Shown: positions 23,985-35,269 of the stretch, piece after piece | Numbering within the stretch: position 1 is the first letter of the stretch | Layout of the letters: each line of letters starts with the position of its first letter | NCBI RefSeq assembly: GCF_030144855.1 | Contig: NC_082708.1 | Span: 26,846,001-26,910,000 of the forward strand | Origin: Hypanus sabinus | Taxonomy: Eukaryota | Direction: 5' to 3' | DNA length: 64,000 nucleotides | Program-made: the position numbers and the translations under genes | Notes under the pieces: model-generated | Database searches by the model: none | Told to the model about the DNA's origin: nothing | Seen by the model: the letters and a program-made list of their open reading frames with translations, nothing else

Positions 23985-25372
23985 TGGGTAGTCACAAAGA
24001 TTAACAGCTCGTTGGCTCTTGTGTTAGGGTAAGATTTGTTCAGAAGTGTTCTGCTGCTTTTTGACTGGGATCCCATAAGAAACCTATTTTCAGATAAAAC
24101 AGAAATTAGAGTGATTAACATACAAGGAGACTGTAGCTAAATTGTTTGATAAATTTAAGAGGTTGTGGTTGAGTTACGGAGGAGGCAGACATAATTATTA
24201 AAAAGTAAACTTTAATTTTACTAATTTATTATTTAGCTTGCATGTGAAAGAACATTTTTTTCCTGAGGAAACAAGAAAGCTTTAACAACATGAACACAAG
24301 ATACTCTGCAAATGCTGGAAATCCAGAGTGACACACATGAAATATGGGAGGAACTCAGCAGATCAGGGAGCATCCATGGAAAGGAATAAAGAGTCGATGT
24401 TTCAGGCCAAGGTCCAAAACTCAGACCTGATGAAAGGTCTCGGCCTGAAACAACAACTCTTTATTCCTTTTGTAAACACAAGGGTTTCTGAAGATGCTGG
24501 AAATCCAGAGAAACACACCATTCCTCCAGTATTTTGTATGTATACTGTTTATTCATTTCCATAGATGCTGCCTGACTTGCAGACTTCCTCCAGCATTTTG
24601 TGTGTGTTAGATGACATGAAAACTTCTTATAGTGTTTTTAGCACAGTCAAATCACTTAGTGTTTTACCACAGTAATTATCATTTTCTTTTTCACCTTTTG
24701 ATGAACTACAACCCTCTTCTCCAAACCACCTACCTACAAAAACAGGCGATTCTAATATCTGGGTCTTGGCAGGCAAATGCGTACCTCACTGGAGACTAGA
24801 TGGAGGTGGAAGACAAAAGTTGTCAGGAAGAGAATCTGGGAGCAGTTATATGGAGACCACAGACCCAAGTACCTGAGGCAGCCCAGGGAAAACACAGAAG
24901 TACAGAAGAGAAGAGCAGTGATCAGGGTAGTCATAGTGTTACTAAGCTGTGGGGTATTGCCAGTTGGTTCAAAAAACAAATGATTGAAAGGAAATGTTGA
25001 ATGATGGAGCAGGCCCCAAGGGTGTTTCGTCCTCTACCATTCAACATTTCCTTTCAACTATTTGGTTCTTGAACCAACTGGCAATACCTCTGAACTTCTG
25101 ACTGCCATGATCACTTTGCACTAAAATGGACTTCATTTTTTTTTGTTCTAATTGTGTTTTATTTCTTGCAAAAATTATATTTAATCTAAGTTTTTTCCTG
25201 TGCTTGGTGCTTATACAGAGCTATGTGCCTGTGATGCTGTAAGTTTTTCATTGCACCCACGCATAACACAATTTTGACTTTGCCATTAAGTAATACACCT
25301 TACTGCTTATCGTGGAGCACAGCACAGAAATGGAGCCTGCAACCCAGTTCATCAATACTGGTCATGATGCCT

Positions 25373-25604
25373 CACATAAAATGCTGGAGGAACTCGGCAG
25401 GCCAGGCAGTGTCAGTGGAAAACAGCAAACAGTTGACATTTTGGGTTGAGACCACTTCATCACCCAGTCCTGATGAAGGGTCTCGGCCCGAAACATCGAT
25501 CGTTTACTCTTTTCTGTAGATGCTGTCTGGCCTGCAGAGCTCTTCCAGCATCTTGTGTGTGTTACTTGAATTACCAGCAGCCGCATATTTTCTCGTGTTT
25601 GTGA
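25373..25604. mobile_element. Palindromic Penelope-derived short element with hammerhead motif
   Basis: 11-bp TSD tcatgatgcct (25362-72 / 25605-15); inverted arms aatgctggaggaactc.../...gagctcttccagcat; motif at 25465-25502. Confidence 0.8.
25465..25502 (+). ncRNA. Minimal type I hammerhead ribozyme motif
   Basis: CAGUC-CUGAUGA-A-GGGU(CUCG)GCCC-GAAA-CA-UC-GAUCG; core intact, stem I partly mismatched. Confidence 0.6.
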
Positions 25605-25834
25605 TCATGATGCCTTTTTGAATATACTGAATGACATCATTTCTACTGCCTTCTATGGTAGTGAATTCCACAGACTTACCCTCTATGTGGAGACTTTTCA
25701 CCTATACTCAGATTCTGAAGCTGTGGCTTCTGGTCCTGCACTCTTCGGCCATCCAGAACATCCTCCCTGTCTAGACCCATTGAAATGTTTTAGGTTTCTG
25801 TAAGTTCCCTTCTCATGCTTCTCCTAAAGGGTTG

Positions 25835-26385
25835 GTGGCCACGTTATTAGGTACCTCCTTTATCAAATAAAGTTGCCACTGAGTATACGTCTATGATCTT
25901 CTGCTGCCATAGAATCTATTTTAAGATTCAACATGTTGTGGTCTTCTGCACTCCTCTGTTGTATTTCATGGTTCTTTTAGTTTCTGTCACCCTCTTGTCA
26001 GCTTGAACCAATCTAACCATTCTCCACTGACCTTTATCATTAACAAGGTATTTTCACCACAAAACTGCTACTCACTGAATGATTTCTATTTTTTGCACCA
26101 TTCTCTGTAAACTCCAGAGGCTGTTGTGGATGAAAATCCCAGGAGATCAGCAGTTTCTGAGATACTCAAACCACCACATTGAGCACCAACAATCATTCAA
26201 CAGTCAAAGTCACTTAGATCACATCTCTTCCTCATTCTGATGTTTGGTCTGAGCAACAACTGAACCTCTTGACCATGTCTGCCTGTTTTGATGCATTGAG
26301 TTGCTACCACATAGCTGGCCAATAAGATATTTGCACAAATGAGTAAGTGTACAGGTATACCTTAAAAAGTGGCCATCAAGTATAT
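25835..26385 (-). mobile_element. Internally deleted Tc1-family non-autonomous element
   Basis: TIR-like gtggccac(t)ttattaggtac ends; same body as 49487-50035 and 53910-54386. Confidence 0.7.
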
Positions 26386-28711
26386 TACCAGAGAAAATAG
26401 ACCTATCAAGACATTAATCTGTCATTAAATGTCCATCCAAAGATGGTATAATTTTGCAATGAGGAGAAAGTGGGGTAACTTGTCCAATATTCACCAGGCC
26501 TCAGAAGAATGAGAGACAACCTTATTGATTGGTGGGAAATTCTGAGAGGACTTGTTAGACTGGATGCAAGATGGGCATTCTCCTGGTACAGAGATTGGAA
26601 TCAGTTATCACAGTTTCAGGATAGAGGACTAGAAATTCAGAATTGACATCAGGTGAGATTTTCTCACTCTGAAAATAGTGAACTCATTGAAATTCTCCAC
26701 AACAGATGCCTGTGGAGGCAAACCCACTGAATATATTTAAGAAAATTGATTTGTGGGTACAAGACATCAATAGTATGTGGAAAGAATGGTGATCATGAAA
26801 ATCAGAATCAGGTTTATCTAATGTATGTCATGAAATTTTTGTGGCAGGGCAAAGTTAAGATGGAGCTAAATGGCGACTCCATTGCTTGCATCTTTGGGAA
26901 CCGCTTTACTTCTATCTTCGATATCTCTTTTTTCCCCTTTTCAGGTTGGGGGACGGGCTCTTTTGAAGATCCTGACCTGGATTTACACTGTGACTTTGGT
27001 TCTTTGTGCGAATGGGACCCACTCTCAGTGCCTCACGAACAGCCACTTTTCTATATCCCAAAGACATGGCCTGGAAGACGAACATGCCTTCAGGGTTCTG
27101 GGATTTCGTGGCTCTGGGGACGTGTTGATTCTAGGCTGGTGCCCCTGACTGAAGCGTCACAGGAGAACATGGAACTTCGGGAGCAGTGGGTTAGCTGCTG
27201 GGGGGTGTGTGCCCAGAGAGTTGCGCCTTTTTAGTGCTGACTCTGGGCGCAGAGCTTGGAAAAAACATCACAACAGACTGTTAGCATCATAAATCACTGA
27301 GTTGTTTTGTTATGTCTCCCCTCTCGCTGTGAAATGGGGACACCTCTTTTTCCCTTATTAGGGAGAGAGAGAGTCTGTGGTATGTCGAATTACTGGGTGA
27401 ACGAGTAGTTTTTGGGGTACTGCAAGTCTGTGTATTTTTTAATGTTTTGCTGCACGCTTGAGTACTCAGTGGAGGGTGCTGATGCTTTCTTCCTGGTGGG
27501 GGTGGAGGGGTTGTTGCGTTGCTGCTGCTTGTGAGTGGGTGGGGGCTTCGGGGTTCAAATGTTTTAACTGTCATTCATTCTTTGGGGCACTTCTCTGTTT
27601 TCGTGGATTTGAAGAAAAAAAATTCAATTTGTATATTGTATATATTTCTCTGGCATTAAATGCACCTACTGAAGATGAAATATTAGTCATGAAGCACATT
27701 GAATGGTAAAACAAGCTGAAAGGGCCAATTGACCGACTTTAGCCCCTATTTCTCTACATTTCTTAATGGGATGTTATTCATATCAACAATGGGCCTCAAC
27801 GATGAGGATTCATTTGTACAATAGGCAGTGCACAAACCCATCTAGGGGACAACATTAAAAAGCTTCAGATGATCACAGCCACCTAGAGAAAATCACAAGA
27901 CAACTAAGCTGAATAAGTTCAGAGTAAATTCATTACCAAAGTCTGTTTATGCCACCATATGTTACCCTGAAATTCATTTTCCTGTGGATATTCACAGTAG
28001 ATATAAAGAAACACAATAGAATCACTGAAAAACTACACACAAAGATGGATAAACAGCCATTGCACAAAAGAAGACAAAGTGTGCAAATACTGAAAAAAAA
28101 ACAAATACTAATAATGAATAAAAAAGTAATAAATAATATTGAAAAAATGAGTTGTAGAGTCCTTGAAAGTGAGTCCATTGATTATGGAAATTATATTCAA
28201 CTAATTTGCTAGTGTGTTTTGTGGATGTGGCATATAATGGTTAAAGGAGAATCAGTGGATGTTATGTATCTGGATTTCCAGAAGGCATGCTGCTATGTTT
28301 AGCTGAGCCATCAATCTGCCATTCCACTGGTGGCTCATGAGAGTACAAGTGACGTGCATGACTGAATAAGCAATTGCAACTTTCCTTTTGTCTCTGTGCA
28401 TGGCTGATTGATTATGTTACTAATGGTCCCCTAGGACAAATGGAGAATTCATGGTCATTGCCCAATGCTGGGGGTAGACTATGGTTTCTTTGTATTGATA
28501 TAACTCATCACTGACTTTCTTTACGAAGTGCAGTCTCTGCAAGCACAGGTCAATTAGAGGTTGAAACATTTTGTTCTGGCTGTACATTGAACAACTCCTG
28601 TAATGCCTCACCTTCGTTTGCTTTCTCTAAAACCAAAGGAACATATACAGTAACACACACAAAATGCTGGTGGAACGCAGCAGGCCAGGCAGCATCTATA
28701 GGGAGAAGCAC

Positions 28712-28748
28712 TGTCAACGTTTCGGGCTGAGACCCTTCGTCAGGACTA
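28712..28748 (-). ncRNA. Minimal type I hammerhead ribozyme motif in a Penelope-derived insertion
   Basis: UAGUC-CUGACGA-A-GGGUCUCAGCCC-GAAA-CG-UU-GACA. Confidence 0.6.
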
Positions 28749-30044
28749 ACTGAAAGGGGACATACATAGTACTTCTCTTGGAAGATGATGCGCCCTCTTT
28801 TTGACTGGGTGAAGGTGAGAGAACAGGAAGGACTACCTCCGAAAGTACAGAAGTGAAGCAGTTTTCAACAGTGCATAAAGTATTAATGTTGCCTGAAAAT
28901 TAAACTTTACATGGATCATTGTTAAAGTATATACAAAATGTATTAAATCAGTTTCCCTTCACCTCACCAGTAGCAACTATTTAGTGAGGCATGCATGAAT
29001 GTAGAATAGAAATGGTATTTATGAAAAACTGGAATATTACTATTCTCTTAAGTGTGCCAGCCAATTTCAGCATAAGTACTGCAGGGTTTATTGGAATTGG
29101 CAATAAAATGAGTAAAAGCAATCATGGGTGGGGGTCCAAACATTGTAGGAAAACTAACCAGATGTGAGGCACTGTAAGTAAGAGATGATTTGGTCCTTGA
29201 TGCTACCTTGCTGGATGGCAGACAGCATTGCATTTTTGACAGCATTGGTTATATTTTGCCTTCACAGGAGAAGGCCTTCAATTTTCCTCCCTGCTTTAAG
29301 TACCTTCTAGGAACCTGCTGAATGCTTGTTGCTTTCTGTATTTTATGTGTCACAGGGCAAGTACATGATTTGGGAATATGAAGATCATACAAGATTTTAA
29401 AAGCAGGTTAACTATTACCTGGGTGTGTTGGCCCTTTGTGGTGTATGTGGTGTCCAGGGAGGGGTAGCTCCTCTGGTGAAGGGGCTTGTTATGTCCATTT
29501 TGGGGCTGCTCAATCACCTTTGGTCCCCAATGGACACTTAGCTCTCACAAGTAGCTGTTTGTATGTGACAATAGCTGCACCCCGGTACACCACTTCGACA
29601 GGCAGGCTAAACCAGATGAGGGTAGCTGGCAGCTTTGTGCCTGTCCTAGGATGCGAAGTCAGCTCCGGCAGTCCAGGTAGGTGAGATCTACAGTGAGATC
29701 CAATAGCCAGGAAGGCACTTCTGCAATGGTCTGTGGACAGTAGACATCATGGTCACCCACTGCAACCAAGGAAAACCACAGTTGGTGAAGCTTGTTTATA
29801 CCACTGGCCTCAGACTTCTGAGGTTGAGAGAGTAGGGCTGCCCCGGTGCAATGACTTTTCCACTTTAAAAACTCTCCTGCACAGGTTTCCGGTCATTGTC
29901 AGACACAATGGACAACCACCATTGTCCCTTTACATTTAAGTGCCAATAAGATCCTTTGTGAGACAGCAGAATTAAGATACATAAACTGCCATGCCAATGT
30001 GCTTGCAATAGACCATCAAAATTCTCTTTCACATTCTATTATAG

Positions 30045-30930
30045 TAATAGAGTCATCAAACACTACAGCACAGAAACAGACCCTTCAGCCCATCTAGCTT
30101 TGCTGAGCTAATAATCTGCCTTGTCTCATTGACCTACACCCAGATCATAGCTCCACACCCCTCCCCTTCCATGGATCTATCCAAATTTCTCTTAAATGTT
30201 GAAATCAAATACATGTCCACCAATTCCACTGGCAGCTTCCTCCACACTCTCAACACAGCCTGAAAGAAGATCCCACCTCATGTTCCACTTGAATAATTTA
30301 CCTTTCATCCTTAAGCCATGACCTCTAGTTCTAGACTCACACAACCTCAGTGAAAAAAGCCTGTTCACATTTTCTCTATCTTTACCTAACATAATTTTGC
30401 ACACCTCTATCAAATCTTCCCTCATTCTCTCATACTCTAGGAAACAGAGTCCTAACCTATTCAACCTTTCCCTATATTCAGGTCCTCAAGTCCTGGCAAC
30501 ATCCTTATAAATTTTCTGTGCACTCTTTCAATCTTATTGATACTCCTTATATCTTATAGATAAAGGTCACTCCTTTAGGTGGGTGACCAGAACTGCACAC
30601 AATACTGCAAATTAGGCCTCATCAACAACATGTACAATTATAAAACAATATCCCAACTCCTGTACCGAGCACTTAGATTTATGAAAGTCATTGTGCCAAA
30701 ATCTCTCTTTACAACCCTATCTAAGCTGTGATGCCACTTTCAAGAAGTTATGGATCTGTATTCCCAGATCCCTCACTTCTACTGCACTCCTCAGAGCCGT
30801 AGCCCCTCACTGTGCAAGTCCTACCCTGGTTTGTCCTCCCAAAGTGCAAAACCTCATTAAATTCCATCATCTGTCATTTTTCAGCCCATTTTTCCAGCTG
30901 GTCCAGATCCTGCTGCAAGCTTTGACAGCC
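30045..30930 (-). mobile_element. CR1 LINE 3' fragment
   Basis: ORF 30192-30464 (RLGLCFLE..RMREDLIEVCKIM...RTRGHGLR). Confidence 0.8.
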
Positions 30931-32034
30931 TGAAGCTAAGCCTTAGGCTTGAAGCTCATATGAAATAGCATTAAATCACTTTGTTGGTTCAATCTAGGCT
31001 ACTCTAGTAATACCAGTCACTTGCTCGTAATATGCCAGTGACTGGATCGTGATCCCCACTGTACCCCACTCCTGTAAGTCTCAGAGAACAAAAAACAGCA
31101 AGATTTTGAAGTGGTGCTATTATTGCCAATCATTAAACTTGAATTAATTTTTCCTTGTGACCGATAACCTATTAACAACTATCGATACTATATTTTCCTA
31201 CACCTGGCCCCTAAGAACTACAAGAATACCTTATATTATTGGTACATATGACAATAATAAACCAGTTCATCAATTTACATGCCAAACCTATTTAGCCTCC
31301 TAAGGAAGTCGAGGCACTACTGTGCTTTCTTGGCCTTGGCATCCTTATGGTTAGACCAGAGTGATTTTACTCCCAGAAGATTGAAACTCTCAACCCTCCC
31401 AACCTCAGCACTGTTGATGTAACCAGCATGTGAATTGCCACTCCTCCTGAAGTCAATGATCATCCCTTTAGTTTTGGTTGTTGTCATGACAGCCGCTACT
31501 TGAGTTCCCTATCTCCTTCCTGTTCTCCAACACATCATTATTTGAGACTGGGCTCACTACTGTGTTGTCATCTGCAAGTTCATAGATGGTGTTAGGGCAG
31601 AATCTGCCCATGCAATCGAGAATGTATGGAAAGCTAAGTAGAGGGCCGAGGATGTAGCATTGTAGGATACCAATTTCACAGAGCAGGGGCGGTGAACCAC
31701 TTTGAAAGCATGTGCCCAAATTGGCGATAATCTTCCAAACAATTTTGAACAGAGATTATCATTGATTAATGAATTAGTAACAATAATAATGGACTTTAAT
31801 AAAAAAGGATGAGTCCCTTATTTCTGTGTATTCATTGTTTTACTATTAATAAAGGTATAACAGAGACAGACTGAAATAAATGAAGCATTCTTGAAAACCT
31901 AGTTGAAAATTATTAATATCAATTTTTAAAAAGACAATTGAAAAATTATATCATTTCTAAATGTTTATTGTTCTTGTAACTTTTTACTGTCCAAGTAATG
32001 CACAATGTGTAGTACTTACGTTTCTTGTTTATGC

Positions 32035-32420
32035 ATCTCATATTCTGTCAGGGTAGCCTCCAACCTGATAATATAAATATCAATTTCTCCTTTTGACAAT
32101 TTTTTTCACTCTCTCTCCCCTTCTAATCCCCTCCACGGGCTCTTACTACTTCTCACCTGCCTATCATCTCCCATGGGTCATCTCTTCCTTTCCTTTTACC
32201 AATGGTTCACTCTCTTCTTCCTCTCCAGCCCTTTACCTTTCCCAACCACCTGGCTTCACCTATCACCATCCAGCTGTCCTCCATCCCCTTTCCCTACCTT
32301 TCTATTCTACTGTCTGCCCCCTTCCTTTCCAGTCCTGAAGAATGGTCTAGACCTGAAACATCAACTGTGTATTCATTTCATAGATATTGCCTGACCTCCT
32401 GCAGCATTTTGTATGTGTTG
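32035..32420 (+). mobile_element. Penelope 3' fragment with hammerhead motif (32330-32367), inserted in a fossil exon
   Basis: gggtagcctccaacctga... shared with the 3' end of 60150-62060; CAGUC-CUGAAGA...GAAACAUC-AACUG. Confidence 0.7.
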
Positions 32421-34956
32421 ATGTGTACATCAAGACTGGAGGATTTCAAAAGGTATGTTCTAATATCATGTGCTCTTGCAATCTGTGTCACTGGCATCAA
32501 GCCAGTCGAATATGTTTCCTTTGAAAACATCTCAGTGCTCTCTGGTTATAGAAAAGTCATTTGCCGCTTCATTTAGCAGTAAAGATAATCGCTATGAATC
32601 ATTTTTATTATAGGTGGGGTTTAAGGAATTGAAAGGTGGCACTACAAACTGCATGACAACAAAAGTTTTTGCATGTGCCATCTTGGGCAGGTGTGCTTTA
32701 GGTTCACGACCCCTGTTACACCACAGAAATAGGCCCATGCAGTTGAGGCCAATTGTGTCTGCCTATACGATTTAAGATGGCACTACCAAAGATATGGCAG
32801 TTTGGCAAGCAAGAGATTTGACTAAAAACATCTTTTCTGAAGCAAATTGTGGTGAACTATTGCCGAAGACAGTGGGGAGGCAGGCAAAGGCGAAACTGGT
32901 TCAGGGGATGACCCATGCTGGGGCATTGTGAGGCCCAACATGTTCAAGCTGCCCGGTTCACAGATGGAGTTGGTGGTATCGCTCAATTTGGCGAGATCAA
33001 GAATGGCTTTGGGCTGGGCAGCCCAAGTTTATTGTGGCACCGGGGTCTGGGCCCTGGAGCTAGGCACTACCCAGTGCTTGGACAATTTAAACCAGTCCAG
33101 ATGGACTGGAAGCCCAAGTGTTGAGACAGGTAGCAAAGGTTTAGCAGATTTTGCTCCCTCTCTTAAGAGTATTTATTCTTTCTCCACGGCACTGAGGCTG
33201 GAAATTGATCCAGCTGCTGTGTGTTTTTGCCCCACTGGTGTGATGAACTGGGACCGAGGCCTGGGCCTACTGTGGCTGCCTATAAGGAGACAAATCTCAA
33301 GGTGTATAGTTTAATCATTCTTTGATAATCTATGTGCTTTGAATCTATTTTTACTGATTGCAGTCCACTGGTCAAGAATCCTGTTGCGACGGTAGGTGTT
33401 GAGACCCAGACCCAGGTCTAGTAATTTGGAGATGAGTTTGCTTGGAATTATGGAATTGAAAGCAGTAATTGTATTAAAAACTATTGTACTTCAAATTATG
33501 TTATTGAAGGAAATAAGATGTGGTGGAATATCATAGTCTGAAGTCTGTCTTATATTGTCTTAAACTAACTCCCCAGTTTTCTGCAGGTGATTTGCTATTT
33601 AAAGAAGGAAGGTCCTAATTCCTGATGGCTCACTGTGAACATGACAATTCAGCAATCAGACCCAAACAATTCTCAATACACAGGATGGACTGAACTGCTG
33701 ATTTGGAAAAGGCAGAAGGTTGGGGTGGGGGGGGGGTTGTGCTTCATGATAAACTCTCTGTGGTGCTCCCATGTGGCAGTTTAGTCATACTCTTGGTCCC
33801 CTGACCTGGAACATCTAGTGATTAAGTGCTGACCATTCTACTTAATAAGAGAGTTCTCCTACACAACAAAGAGGAGGTCACCGGAGGCAGAGGAATGGCT
33901 ACGGGATTGCTTCAAGTTGATGGTTTGGGCTGTGTTCATGGACATTATCATGGATTTTATAAAAAATAGTTGTAGACGAGAGTGTCCCCACAAAATCATT
34001 CAGAGTTGTCCCCAACCAGAAGTCCTGGATGAACTATGAGATCTACAATCTGCTGAGGGCAAATCAGTGGTATTCAGATCTGGCAACCAAGTAGATGCAA
34101 GAGGTCCTATTACGATCCCCGGAAAGCTTTCTCACAGGAGAAGTGGCAATTCCGGACTAAACTTAAAACAACAAAGGATGCTTGACAGCTGTGGCAGGGC
34201 TTGAATGTTATCACCTCCTATAAAGTGAAATCAAGTGGCATAGGTGACAACAGGGCTTCGCTTTCAGACGAGCACAGTGCCTTCAATGTTCGCTTTGACT
34301 GTCAAAACAAGTAGGAAACATCACAAACTCCCACAGTCCACAATGACCCTGTGATTTCAGTCCCTGAAGCTGATGTGAGAGCATCTTTCAGGAGGGTGAA
34401 CCCACAGAAAGCATCCGGCCAGATGATCATGACCAGATAAAAAGTAGATCTGTACTCTTTGGGGTTCAGAAGAAACTAAGAAGATTTTACTGAAGCATAT
34501 AAAATCCTTAGGAATCATGACAGGGTAGATATTGAGATCATTCCATTAGAATCCTATGGTTACAAATAGAAGACGTTCATTAGGTGCGTCTTCTTGTAGG
34601 GGTTAGTGGATCACTGGAATACTTTACTCGAGATGGTTGTGGAGGTGATATCATCGAGATATTTAAAGAGGAAATAGATAACTTATTTGACCCATTAGGG
34701 AAATGAGGCCTATATGGAAGCAGCATGGAACATTGAAATCCTATAGAAATAATCATACTGAATGACAGAGCAGGCCTGTGGCTCCTGTTTCTTATGTTCT
34801 AATGTTCTGAATTTCAAGCTAAATTAGCCCATTTCAGTTGGGCATGCATAGAGGTGCCACATTAGAATCGATGTCACGACCCCAACAAATCCTTCTCATG
34901 AAGAAAAACTAATAAAAAAGGGGAAAAGGCCAATATTTGAAAAAAAATTGTCTTAC

Positions 34957-35269
34957 ATTTCCTGATTTAGTTAAGTACTGAGCATCTTTTACATGGCTGA
35001 AAACACTCAAAGCATGGACTTTAATGGGTTTGTCATGTGAACATGGACCAAGACTATTCAGGGGGGCACATTCAACTCTCAAGAAATATAGCAATTCAGG
35101 TGTTGCCACCAGAGGCATGGTAATGTTGAGATCACCACAACTGCTTAAAATTGATTGTTTGCTCCTAAGCATCCTTATAAAATTAGCTTCATTCATCTGC
35201 TTTCCGTAATTAATCCATTTCATATTAACCCTCAGCATAAAAAAAACTCTCCATACATTTTCTTTGAAC
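34957..35269 (-). pseudogene. Stop-free segment of the decayed gene (FKENVWRVFFMLRVNMKWINY...VATPELLYFLR...LTKSGN)
   Basis: About 104 open codons ending at a phase-0 donor AAT|gtaaga; non-repetitive sequence. Confidence 0.55.
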
